A DNA stretch of 64,000 nt, from contig CM068747.1 of NCBI GenBank assembly GCA_035084275.1, positions 22,134,001 to 22,198,000 on the forward strand, in the 5' to 3' direction. Positions within the stretch are counted from its first letter, which is position 1. Each line of letters starts with the position of its first letter. The translations under genes and the position numbers were made by a program. Source of the DNA: Hydrolagus colliei (lineage: Eukaryota). Under the pieces are notes generated by a model. That model was not told the DNA's origin. It saw only the letters and a program-made list of their open reading frames with translations, and searched no databases. Below are positions 1 through 12,802 of this stretch, piece by piece.

Positions 1-2102
1 AACTCGGTCTCCTCAGTTCATGAGCGAGAACTTGGACAGATCGTAATGAATGAAATGATCCTGCCACGCTTCTGCAGAGCGCATGAAGAGGGGATGAGGT
101 GGAAAATTCCATCAGGTCGGAGAACCCACGCTTTGCTGGGTTAGAAGAAGCTAATTGTCTATCTAAATCTTGTGTGTAACGATTTGTGCCTTGATTTATG
201 TTTTGCTTTTTTTTGTTTTAATGGAAATATTTTTAATTAAAAAATGTATTGCCTCATTTGGTTTGGGTTTTCTTCAATGATAGCTTAACACAAAGTGTGT
301 TGTGCTGCAGATCATTTGGCACAATACAGTTTAGCTTTGGCTCTGATGGTAAAACTCTTGCTCCTGCTTCAGAAAAGTAGGACTCTGGAAAATTCACAAT
401 CTTAGCTAACATTCCAATACAGTGCTGGGGGGGCGGAAGCCTTGCATTGTTGGAGGTGCTATTTTACGTATGAAATGTTGAATCTGTTCAGGCAAAAATA
501 AAAAGCAAGAGATGACTTTGAAAGGTGTTTCTTTCTGAGATTAGATATTGTTAGATTAAATAAGTAGCCATGAGTAATATTGTGCCTCTTAATATTGCAG
601 CTTTCTTGATCTGTTTTATCTATTTGAACGTCTCAATTTTGTATCATCTGAACGACATCCTCCTCCTCTTCCATCATTCTGTCCATCATTCCTAAATTTC
701 TTCAGTTCACGCCCCTTCTCGGTGTGGCGTTCCAATGTCTGCACATTCCACTGAGGTTTATCTTTGCACACTTGCATCTTGCATCAATCTGCATACATGG
801 AATTTAAATGAACTCCATTACATGCTGTAACTCAGTTTTTCTTCATTACGTGTTGCTCAACAACTAGCCGCTAGATAATACAGAGGATTTGGGTTCTGAA
901 GCAGATTGTTAGACATAATCACATAACCTAATAAGTTGCGCTGTCAGACAAAAGTGTAATATTAAAACATGCGTTGAAGATTAAATGGGGAATTTCAATC
1001 AGATGACTGACCGATCCATAAGCAGTGTGATAAAATAAACAGCTTTGCTTCAATTCTTTCAAACTCAGATTTAAAGGATTCTGATCAGCTCGTCTGCAGG
1101 CTCGTTCAATAAAGTAATTGCTTAGTTAGTGTGTCAACCTGAGTCACAAAGATCAGGAAGGTCTCAAGTTTGATCGTGACCTCACCTCGGTTTCGTCAAG
1201 TGCCCTCAGTCAACTGGGAGGATATGCAACACAAAATAGAAGGCTAGTTTTGTGTCTGCATTCTGTCTACACGAATGGTCATGACCGATGTGAACAGTAA
1301 CCCTGTGTGTTACCAGGTGGTCATGTCTTCCAAGACTTTCCCAAGATTGATTGTTACTTGGCCCAGCAAATCGCACAGCAAAATCAATCATATTTTATTT
1401 GCAATCAAATGTCAACTCTAGGCACAATTTATACCCGGTTAAAACACTAAAAGCACGATTGAACTGTAAACCTCAGCTTTCAGGGTGACGACCAAAAAGT
1501 TTCAAGCCGACAGGCCTTTGCATAAACATGTCCCCAGTTTGCTTTTGTGTGGATTCGGTGTCTTTTTTCTAAAGGCTGAATAACAAGATTGTTTTGTGGT
1601 CACACACTACTGCAGATGAAAGCCTCAGAGTTCACTTGATCCAGAGCTGAAGTGGAGAAATGCCTTCCAGTTTGAACTTATCCACTGAACAGTGCCTCCG
1701 AATTATGGTAATTGCTCTTTGAAGATGAGTTTAAGAGTACAAACAAAAATGGGACCGTTTACCTCAATGGCATTCGGTCCACTGAGCTAAACGGTGGGCT
1801 ATTTGTTGAATGGGGAGTTAATTCTCACCTTTTTGCTCCTTAAAGCACATGTACATTTGTATCAACCACATAGATATCTGAGTGCATGTCCTTGTAATGA
1901 ACTAATATATAATTAATTTGCATTCAGCCCTGTAATCAATTAATATATAATTGCGATAATTTTACGTAACAGTACTGTTGTGTGCATCGCCCAAAGATGC
2001 CTAATGTAATTGATGAGGTGTAAATATTGGGCCTCCAATTGCCTTGAAGCTAACTGTAGCCTCTCCAGTTAAATGACTTTAAAACTGAACTAACAACGGC
2101 CT

Positions 2103-2415
2103 AAATAATAATAATTATACGAAGCCTTGCATTTGATATAGCGCTTTTCACGTCTTCTAGATGTCTCAAAGCGCTTTCACAGTATATACTGTAAAGTGAA
2201 TTGACTGTATATTTGTGGGAGATATGTGGTAGCCAATTGTTCACAGCAGTGTCCCACATACAGTCTAGGATTAAAATGCCCAATTTTTTAAAATATATTA
2301 TTATCCGGTGTGTGGAGGAAGGAGACTTGGCCAAGGTTTCGCCCTGCCTGGAGAATCGTACCCAGATCTTCTGTTTATAAGGAGAGTACTCTAACCACTG
2401 AGCTACCAGGACTCC
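2103..2415 (-). mobile_element. tRNA-derived SINE, near full length
   Basis: Head with A box TAGCTCAGTGG and degenerate B box; 3' tail GCGCTTTGAGACATCTAGAAGACGTGAAAAGCGC...(ATT)n. Confidence 0.88.
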
Positions 2416-2956
2416 ATATTAACTATTTAAATGTACAGACTAATTATAATCTAAATTTACAGTTTTACCTGCAGATGACTTGAACTTGAAGATGAATTCC
2501 ACAAACTTGATGTAATCTTTTCTTAAAAACAACTTTTTGCCTCCGTGATTTGTGAACACATTACATTGTGTGCAGTGTGGCATACAATTTGCTCAAGGCA
2601 ATTGACTTTTCGCTCCTTTTTTTGAAAGCATCTGTTCAATATATTAATATTATACATTATAAACCGCTTCTGCATTTGGATTTACATCATTATTGATTTC
2701 CACAATGAAAACAAAATGATGCATCAGAACGCCTACTGTGTGAGTTAAAGGTAAGATAAATTTCACAAAGGTGTTCCAAGCACTTCGAAAATACCCAATA
2801 GCACAAGAGCACTGAAACCCTACCCTGCATGAAGGGGGCGCTATTACACAATACACAATACACTGCAGTACTGTATTACATTTGTATCGCACTTTTCACT
2901 TCAGGAGGACGTCCTAAGGCACATGTTGCCGTTGTTCTTGTTGCAACCTCTCTTTT

Positions 2957-3172
2957 GGAGTCCTGCAGTTCAGCGGTTAGAGGGCTCGCCTCGCAAGTGA
3001 GGTACCTGGGTTTGATTCCCGGCAGGGCGAGACCTTGAGCAAGTTTCCTTACACTACACACCTGATAATAATCCTTCACCAAAAAATAAATTGGTCACTT
3101 CTGTGAAGCGACTTGATATGTCTAGAAGATGTGAAAAGCGCTATATATGAAATGAAAGTATTATTATTATTT
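2957..3172 (+). mobile_element. tRNA-derived SINE with internal deletion, preceded by a short L2 3'-tail fragment (about 2872-2945)
   Basis: GGAGTCCTG head, GGTTTGATTCC B box, same tail as the other copies. Confidence 0.82.
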
Positions 3173-4350
3173 TTGGCACAGTAGCTCAATTAGAAATTGA
3201 AACTCGGCAGGTTACATTTGGAATCATCTGTCACGTTAATACAATCAATGGATTTCCTTTCAATCCCTTCAAAAATGGTATTCTGTGAAATTCATTTTGT
3301 CCTGTTCTGTGATTTTCCTCACCAACTCACAGAATGTCAGCCATACACTCTGAAACAACTGCAATTCGATTACTACCCATCATCACTGTGCAGTAAACAT
3401 GTTAACGATCAGAGTGTTGCAAATCAGATTACAAGAAACGATAGTGTGATAGACACTGCCATACTGTATATTTATATGTAATTATGCCACCTTGTCTCAG
3501 TGTCTTAGTTTTTCAGCACCTTTCAAATTCCACCTCCAGGTTAGTCTGGTGCATGATTTTTCAGTGGCATCTACCGTGGAATTTATCTTCAGACAATAAT
3601 GTCACTTCCCCGCACCTTGCTGTGATTATATTAACATTTGTTATCAGCCATTTTACTTGCGAGCGTGGCAAAGAGTACCGCGTTTGCATAATTTGTAGAG
3701 CACTAAATGCAATGATTGTGATTGATATCATGCCTCCCTTCAAATCTTTTTATTGATGATTATCATTGTGCCCCAGAGGAGGCTGCGGAGATAGTATTTC
3801 TTCATCCAAGTTTCTTTTCCTGACCACATAAATCCTGGCTCTAATGAAAGCATTATTGTGCCGTATGTCAAAATGTCTCTCAAGTGCTTCACAGTAAAGA
3901 CCATCATGCGTAGTGACTGTTTCTGTAGGCGATAGTGAGCAAAAATGCCATCAGCTCAGCCCTTGAAAGGCACTATACAAATGTAATATTCTTGTTGTTG
4001 TTGTTGTTGTTGTTAAGAAAGTGGTAAAACAAGAATCCAGTCAGGTAAATTTTCAATTACTGTATATTTTAAAACCCATTGATTTAGGATTCCACTCATT
4101 TTAGATTCCACTCTGTACTGTATGTACTGAGAAATGCCAACACCTAGTAGGTACATTGTACTTTATTTCCTTCCATTTACACTTTTTTTTGTTAGTCAGC
4201 CGGGTGTTTGACGCGTGCGGAATCCCATCACCTTGTTTAAGAGTATCTAAACTGAGATTTCCATGCATTCCACCTACACATGAAAATCCCACAGATAGGT
4301 TGTTGGAATGGAATGCGCAATCTCTCACTGGAGGGACGCAGCCTGCTTAT

Positions 4351-4640
4351 GGAGTCCTGTAGCTCAGTGGTTAAAGGACTCGCCTTACAAGCGTGAGACA
4401 CGTGTTCAAATCCAGTCAGGGTGAAACCTTGGGCAAGTTTCCCTACTCCACATGCCTAACAACAATCGCTCCAAAAAAAAACACAATAGTAAAATTGGTC
4501 ATTTCAATCCACGACTGTTTGTGGGACACTGCTGTGCGCAATTGGCTGCCACGTTTTGCACACAAAATATAGTCAATTCACTTTACAGTACATTCTGTGA
4601 AGCGCTTTGAGACATCTAGAAGATGTGAAAAAGTGCTAAT
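4351..4640 (+). mobile_element. tRNA-derived SINE inserted into an older repeat
   Basis: GGAGTCCTGTAGCTCAGTGGTT...GTTCAAATCC...GTGGGACACTGCTGTGCGCAATTGGCTGCC...GCGCTTTGAGACATC. Confidence 0.9.
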
Positions 4641-4725
4641 TACAGAAATGATTGTCACAGATTGGCAATAGGCAAGGCTTGGGGACCCCTTACTGTGCTT
4701 TGGGGTAACTGCTGGGGTTTTACCA

Positions 4726-4895
4726 GCTAAGAACTCAATGATAGTGAGCGCAGCACAGCTTGCCATTGATATTGCTGTCGGGTATCGATTTACCCTGCGT
4801 GAAGGGCCCCCTATCAATGCAATGTTGTCTGTGTGATAGTTTGCAAATCAGAGGGGAACAACAGTAGAAGCGCTCACTATCATTGAGTTCATAGC
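4726..4895. mobile_element. 170-bp MITE-like element with 26-bp terminal inverted repeats
   Basis: GCTAAGAACTCAATGATAGTGAGCGC ... GCGCTCACTATCATTGAGTTCATAGC (1 mismatch). Confidence 0.7.
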
Positions 4896-5502
4896 AACCA
4901 TCATGGCTCAATCCAGTTAATGTTTACTTTTAGTTTAAATGAGTAGCCAGCTTCCATAAAATAATAATGGTACAGGACCTTTGGGGGATGGGTTTCCAGT
5001 TCATAATTCATCACAGCAGATTTAGCAGGAAAGAGATCAGTGATATTAACTGCTGGTGGCAATGCTGGAGGTCAGAATCAATCATGTTAAGATTCCCGCG
5101 TGCTCAACATTTGTATGTAATTGGGTCCTAACTAATGCCCACAAGTGGCTGAGATGGGGAATAGAGGAAGAACCAGAGACAAGCAATTAGATGGACGAAG
5201 GACAAAACAGAAACATAAAGTTACAAATTATAGAGGCACACAGAGAAAATTCTGCCGGAAATGGAAATTACAGATAAAAGGGAGCTGTCTCAGAGGGAAA
5301 TGAACATTGATTAGATGGTACACAGTGGATGGGAAAACAGAATGCAGAATACAGACAGGATGCAGACAGGATCAAAAGATCTTCTAAATAGGAGAGAGAA
5401 AAATACACAAAATTCAATTCCTGCCTTTACCTCAATCTATGAAGTTAGTTATTTTATATATTTTTATGCACTGGTAACAGGTAAGTTGCAAGTCTGATGC
5501 AA

Positions 5503-5521
5503 GCTTGCCATCTGCTGGACA
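5503..5521 (-). promoter_or_regulatory. CTCF-like motif
   Basis: Minus strand TGTCCAGCAGATGGCAAGC matches the CTCF core. Confidence 0.5.
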
Positions 5522-5640
5522 ACATAATACTATAATAATAATCTTTGCATTTGTTATAGCACTTTTCACATATTATCGATGTCTCAAAGTGCTTCATAGT
5601 CTATACTGTAAAGTGAATTGACTGTATATTTGTGGGCGAA

Positions 5641-6241
5641 ACAACAACAACAACAACTTCGATTTATATAGCGCCCTCCATGCCGGACAGCGTCTCAGAG
5701 CGCTTCACAATAACGGATCCCGGGACCGAGCCAGAGGCAGGGGGAGAAAAGTGACCAAAGGCGCGGTCTAAAAGAAAGGTCTTTAGCTGAGACCTGAAAC
5801 TGGGAAGAGAGGGGGAGAGGCGAAGGCAGTAAGGAAGGCAGTTCCAGAGCCTCGGGGCGTAGTGGCTGAAGGCCCGGCTGCCGATGATGGAGCAGAGGAT
5901 TCGGGGGACAAAGAGGAGGCCAGACCCGGTGGAGCGAAGGCAATGGGCGCTGATTTGAGGAGAGAGGAGGTCGGAGAGGTATGGGGGTGCAGAGGAGGAG
6001 AGGGATTTATAAACAAGCTTGAGAATCTTGAAAACAATCTTCTCTGGGATAGGGAGCCAGTGAAGTCTGGCAAGGACTGGGGTAATGGGGGAGGAAAGTT
6101 TGGTGCGGGTGAGAATGCGGGCGGCAGAGTTTTGAATGAGTTGGATTTTATGGATTGTGGTGGAGGGGAGACTGGCGAGGAGGGCATTGGAATAGTCCAG
6201 CCGAGAGGTGACAAAAGCATGGACCAGGGTTTCAGCGGCTT
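5641..6241 (-). mobile_element. L2-clade LINE 3' fragment (tail type A)
   Basis: ORF 5664..6335 contains [21 protein letters not shown]...[11 protein letters not shown]...LHWLP, the L2 ORF2 C-terminus; (GTT)n tail. Confidence 0.93.
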
Positions 6242-6808
6242 TTGATCTTGCTTTACAAATGCAACAAATGCTGTATAGCAAGAATTTATATTTCAAATTA
6301 CCAAATGATACATCAGAGATAATAATATGAGGCATTTACTGTAAAACATTTGTCTCAAAATATCATTATAATATCTAACTATTTTCCCATATACCTGTAT
6401 AAATGCAAGCTTTTATTATTGCTGTTCTTCAACAAATGAATCTGTAAAGTTACAACTTCTGAAAATCAGCTACAAAGCTCTAAAAATCGAGGCAACTTAT
6501 TTTTTATGTTTTCGGGAGCCACAGCTGTGCGCAATTGGCTGCCCACAAAATATACAGTCAATTCACTAAACAGTATATTCTGTGAAGCGCTTGGAAACAT
6601 CTCAAAGATGTGAAAAGGCACGGAATCAAATGCAAGGATTATATTATTAGTTACGTTAATAAAGTACGTTAATAAATACTGTGAATAATTGCAAAGAAAA
6701 AAAAAATCCAGGATTGTGTTCTCATGGTTTTTTCAACTAAATGTTTTGGAAAAGATGATGTTTCAGTAGGAATTGTATGTAGAGATCTGTTGAGAAAAAA
6801 GAATAGTA

Positions 6809-7123
6809 CAGGTTGAGCATCCTGAATCTGGCAACTTCGGGACCGAGGCCGAGCTGGTTTTCATGTTTTTCCGGACTTCGGAACGTGTTTCTGATGTTCG
6901 AAGTCCGGAAATGCCCGATCCCAGGTTCGGGTATTTCCGAACTTCGGAATGCCAGAAGAGCATCCCAAGCCTGGAAATGCCTGGGCCCAGGTTGCGATAT
7001 TTCCGTTTTTTGGACGTCACCTTGTAGTTCTTCTCAGGGTGTCCGGATTCCGGAACATTTTACGGATTCCGGATGACCCTGCCACCAATCGTCCCGGAGT
7101 CCGGATTTTGGACGATCAACCTG
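6809..7123. mobile_element. Tigger/pogo-like MITE (copy 1 of 2)
   Basis: TIR CAGGTTGA..TCC / GGA..TCAACCTG, TA on both flanks, internal TCCGGA repeats; second copy 38540-38844. Confidence 0.88.
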
Positions 7124-8542
7124 TATTTAAAGAATTAAATTGCACAATGTGATTGAAGAAACATGTGCTGGAATAGATTAACAAATAGGCATAGATTATC
7201 CAATCAGGTGCAAAAAAAAATCTATAGATTTTTACATTTAGAAGACAAAGAATCAAGTAGGTGAAGTACTCCAGTGATTTTAAAAAGAAACTCAATATAG
7301 CAGCTCATGTTGGCCATAAGCAAATTGGATTTTTCATTACATACAGCAGCTCAATTTAAATAATATACACTGGATGCAAACAGTACACTGCTACTCTCAG
7401 TTATCATGATTTTTTTTTAAGTTTATTTAAATTGACTGTTTTGGGTTTCCAAGATGATCCACTATTGCATCTGTTTATTGCAGATTTAAGAAAATATCTT
7501 TGAATATCTCTGTTTTTTTTACCACCCCCACCCCCCCGACCATCCCACTCTGGCTTCAGAAACATAGCAAAGCTGGCAATCTACAAATGTAAGATCAAAG
7601 CAGCATGTTGCATTTTCAAGAGGTCATAGATAAGGGAGAGATGGGACCTGGCTGTTTTATGAAGAGCACTGCATAACAATATATAATAATGGCTACCGCT
7701 CAGGGCTTAATCACAACAATAGCTTTCAGTTGAAGTGAAATGCATCAGTACAATCATGTTCTGATTACATTATATCTTTTCGCATGAACTGAGAAATCAT
7801 TTGTTATTTTCAGGGGAAAGAATACTTCTGGTTTCTTCAAATCCAGGCATTCAAACCTCTTAAATTACTGGAAGCCAATTTGATGTTACCTGGCTTCAAC
7901 AGTACATTCTTGAAGCCACTCTAGTCAAGAATATTAAAGATAATTATCTACGTTTAAACAAATAAAAAATATAAGAAAGTAACCCTGCTATCTGGAGTGA
8001 AAGAAATAATGTTACTTCATTATCGGTTAAATATAAGTACATGTACTTGAACATTGAATGCTCAAGATTGGTAGGTTGCGTTGGGAGCATTGATGGGTGA
8101 GCTGGCTAGTTAACCTTTGAGGTTAGTCTGGTCCTCATTAGACATAAAATTGATTTCGAAAAGTAATTTCACTTGCAATATTTAACCAACATCAATACAA
8201 AGTGACTCTAACTACTAATCTCAATTTAGCTAACAACTGGTCTCCAGTGTTAAACAATTGCTGTGGCCCCAATGTAAAACCTCTCAAACTACATTGTAAT
8301 TAATGTTCCAATATTATTTCAGCACAGATTCCACATCCCTGAAAGCAATTCCATTACTCGTTATTTAATCTTATTCAATTCCCACAAAATAGTGTGCAGT
8401 AAGTATACTCAAAAAACGGCCATTGTTTGAAGTGTATTCAACCAGATTTGAATAACGAACCAATGGAAACGTAAAACAAAATATCAAAAGTCTAATATAG
8501 GAAAGGGAGAAATCGAAAATGAAAATATGATAGAGAGTTTTA

Positions 8543-8680
8543 TAGAATCATACAGCACAGAAAAAGGGCTATTTGAAAAGAGCTGTCCAAATCAATGCCA
8601 CTCCCCCAGTCTTTCTCCATAACCCTGAAAACTTTTCTCCCCAAATAATTATCTACTTCTCTCTTAAACGTTGTTCTCAA
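8543..8680 (-). mobile_element. Old CR1-type LINE 3' remnant
   Basis: Minus-strand FKREVDNYL (CR1 ORF2 C-terminal motif) followed by a CTGTGCTGTATGATTCTA tail. Confidence 0.6.
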
Positions 8681-8997
8681 AGTAGTATAATGCAAGTAAA
8701 GAACCTCATGAAAAAAGACTGATAGCTGCAAAAGATGACCAAATTTGCCTACAGAAAGTACTTTTTATATTATTACGTGAAACTTTATTGCTAGGCAATC
8801 ATCATCTTCCAGTTTCAATGACTGGGTTATTCATTTTAGTCTCAGTCTCGTGGTTTGTGATTCAGGTGAATGCACAATGATCACTTTGTTATTGCTATGC
8901 TAAAGAACCCGTTATCCTGGCTTGTATTTGGTTGCTCAATGCATTGTTGTTTAAGCAACCCAGCTTAGATATTACATTTGGAAGGGGGGATTATGAA

Positions 8998-9445
8998 TTG
9001 CCGATGGGTCCATCGAAGAGGAGAGTCTTGAGACGAGACTTGAAGGAGGCCAGGGAGGGAGCGAGGCAGAGGGATGGAGTTCCAGAGGTTGGGCGCAGAG
9101 TGGCTGAAGGCCCACCCGCTAATGGTGGGGCGGGTGGGTTGGGGGACGTGGAGCAGGCCAGAAACTGCTGAACAGAGTGGGCGGGCAGGTTGGTAAGGGG
9201 TTAGGAGGTCACGGATGCAGGGTGGGACGAGGTAGTGGAGGGATTTAAATGTGAGGATCAGGATCTTGAATTGGATCCTCTGGATATTGAGGAGTCAATG
9301 ACAATAACAACTTTGATTTATATAGCACCCTCCACGCCGGACAGCGTCTCAATGGAGTCGGGCAAGGATGGGGGAGATGGGGTCACGGAGTTTGGAATGG
9401 TAGAGGACATGGGCCGCAGAGTTCTGGATTATCTGCAGCCTGTGG
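8998..9445 (-). mobile_element. Degenerate L2 fragment with an embedded type-A tail piece (about 9300-9350)
   Basis: Similar to the L2 copies at 34608 and 18270. Confidence 0.8.
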
Positions 9446-12195
9446 AGGGAGGAATTGGAATACACAGCAGGATAGTTGGTAGTTTAAAATTTCAATTTTT
9501 TGCATTTTAACCTACTGTTCCAATGAAACCTACCTACAATTCATTTGCGGGACCTTTCCCATCAGGCCTTACAATTGCGCTAAATAAATTATCAGCCAGA
9601 TTTCTTGAGCAGTCAAAAACTCATTAAAAAATTAATTATTATCATTCAAATCACAGCTTTTCAAATTGTGATCCATGAAAAGGTTGAAATGCCTCATTGC
9701 ATTTAAATCTGCTGATGGTTTTACAAGTTTAACCTAGCTTTTCAAGCTAAAAGTCAAAACATATGGCAACATGGGATCAGAATAACGAATCTGCCAAATT
9801 CTTGTATTTCTGGTAATTTTTATGCATATACAGCAATTAACATGTGTATTCATCAAATATAAAATATTACTCAGCTTTGTATTTTGGGGGAAAGTGGTTA
9901 AGTGGTTAAATTATTTAACCTATCTAGCCTTTCACCTGCATTTTAGTCTAGCATAGATAGATAGGATGAGAGAAATTAATTCCGTTCCCATTGGGGGAGA
10001 GCTGAGATATAAATGATAGCACTGCTTGACTGGCTACAGCCATTAGTCCATCATTGGTTCATCCTCCTCCAACTTGAGAAAACTTAAATCTGCCACAAGT
10101 GTATCAGTTGTGCACGTTATTAATTTTGTTCTGGGATTTACTCTGTACTGTACACGTATCAGGAGAAAGTTCCAAAGTTATTCTTACTCAGAGAAGATGT
10201 TAATGTAGCAAAGTAGAAAACTAACCGAACCTAACAGCCGATATGTGACTCTCCACCCTGGATCCCTCAATCAAACCAAAATTAAAGTGGTCAGACAATA
10301 CAATATGTTCCTTTGGAATTCTGGAATGTATGAACTTACACCCGAGCAATTTGGATATTTCAAAATAATGAAATGCGTTTGACTATCCATCTGAATATGC
10401 CTTTTTTGATATAAAGAAGATCTAATTCACCTTAATTCAAGTTAAGAGACACCCTTTGAGACATTTTGACACTGTAGACGCTATAATACAATCAATTCAC
10501 TTTGCACTAAATGCTATGAAATGCTTTGAGGCATCTTGAAGATATGATAAGGCGCTGTATCAAATGCAAGTATAATTATTATTACTACAGTATATCAATA
10601 TATCATACATACTGGAACCCAGCCAGTATTATTAGGCATCTTGGGACATCTGCCTGACATAAATGTAAATTTCTACTGTGTGGTATCTCCATCAAGAGAA
10701 GAATAATGGAATTATAGAGAAAATACAGCAGAAACCATCTCATTTATTTCGTTCAGTTGCACCAAACCCTAATTCATTACTGATGCATTACATTAACTAC
10801 AATAGATTCCAAACTAGTCAACATGTAATGTTTAAAATGCAGACCTCTGAAGTATCGAGAGTAATCTGGAGTTCGAAAGAATTTCTGGGTTTGTGTGTAA
10901 CCATTGAAACTGCATGATGATCTCGATTGACTGCCAAGCTCTCAGCAATAGCAATTAAAGGGCACAGAGGGTTATGCTCGAAAGATTTACAGACCTTGAC
11001 AGGAAGAAAATCTTATTCAACCTTTCACTGGTCCATGAATATCTGGCCTTGGGACATATTGCAGAGGAGAAGCCATGACATTGATTGTCAGCGTGAGCGG
11101 AATATCCGGATAACATAGGACTCCAGCTTTCAAAAGTGATTTCTCAGCAGTGACCTTATTATTATATAAATAAGATGCTAAATGGGATAGAGAAACCAGG
11201 AAAGATACAGTCAGATATACTGAAACTGCAGGACAAGAGTACGCATGTTCAGAGTATTGAATGGCAATTTTAGGACGGCTGCCAGGAAGTATTTCTTTAC
11301 ACAAAAAAAATTGCCGGAAGAATGCAGTCCAACTGAGGTCAAGATTCCAGAATCATTTTTCAAAACAACGTGATACTCTAAAGGGAAGATGGTAGTTTTG
11401 AGGGTCATTCGGAAGCATTGGATTAAATTGGGGATAAAAGCCCCTTTTCTCAGTTGAAATTAATTAGCTTTGGTTGCGAAAGTTTAAAATGGTGAAATCC
11501 CACCAACAGTACTTAAATTTACCAATTTGAAAAGAAATCTAAGGATTAAAAGCTCAGGTTAATCTGGTGAAACCAAACAAAAATTAAATGAAACCATTAT
11601 TATACATTGAAAGTTCTTCGTTATTTTAGTGACATTTTAACATTTGTGGTGGATGTGCAATCCACCTTACATGGCCTTTGCTTCTAATTGGATTCCCAAA
11701 ACAAACAGAGCACGAGTGAAAATAAGAAAAAGAGTAAACATGAGACAAGTTGGGAAATACAAAAGAGATGAAAAGGGAACCAGTACAGTATATGAATGCA
11801 TTAATTTTAAAAAGATTATCCAACAGCAGATATCTTAAAAATTATAGCAGTCAACCTCCAGCAACTGAGCAATTCCAAGTCTGAAGGCCATTATCCGGAA
11901 ACCCCTTCAAAATGGGATTCCATATATTTTTGGGAATGTAACCCTACCCCACAGCTTTGTATACACTATGCTCCAGTGAAGCAATCTGATTGAGGTCCCT
12001 AGGCCATTCAACAGCACTAATATCCAGTTTCCAATCTTCGTGGTTTCAAAATTGGATTTTTGAGGAACCAGAAATTCTGTCACAATAAATTTCATCTCAT
12101 GACCCAGCTCACACACTAATACTGGATTGCTCTACAACACACAAAAGCCCAGGGTGACAAGTATGTAGTTCCTGAAATTATTATTGTTTCAGCGT

Positions 12196-12399
12196 NNNNN
12201 NNNNNNNNNNNNNNNNNNNNNNNNNNNNNNNNNNNNNNNNNNNNNNNNNNNNNNNNNNNNNNNNNNNNNNNNNNNNNNNNNNNNNNNNNNNNNNNNNNNN
12301 NNNNNNNNNNNNNNNNNNNNNNNNNNNNNNNNNNNNNNNNNNNNNNNNNNNNNNNNNNNNNNNNNNNNNNNNNNNNNNNNNNNNNNNNNNNNNNNNNNN
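12196..12399. other. Assembly gap (N run)
   Basis: 204 N. Confidence 1.
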
Positions 12400-12411
12400 C
12401 TCCAGTAGTCT

Positions 12412-12802
12412 TATAATAATAATAATAATCCTTGCATTTGATATAGCGCTTTTCACGTCTTCCAGACATCTCAAGTCGCTTCAGAGAATATACTGTGAAG
12501 TGAATTGACTGTATATTTGTGGATGAAATGCAGCAGCCCGTTGTGAACAGCAGTGTCCCACAAATAGGTGGATGGTGGATTGAAATTATCAATTTATTAT
12601 TGTTGTTTGTCTTGAGGGATTATTATCAGGTGTGTGGAGTAAGGAAACTTACTCAAGGTTTTCAGTGCCTTCGGACATCCTCCTGACGTGAAAAGCGCTA
12701 TACAAGTGTCATTTTTTTTCGATTTTGTTGTTTTGCCTGCCGGGAATCGAACGCAGGTCTCACGCTTGTAAGGCGAGTGCTCTAACAGGAATCCAGGACT
12801 CT
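12412..12802 (-). mobile_element. tRNA-derived SINE interrupted by an oppositely oriented L2 3'-tail fragment (about 12663-12732)
   Basis: B box GTTCGATTCC on the minus strand, typical body and (ATT)n tail. Confidence 0.85.
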
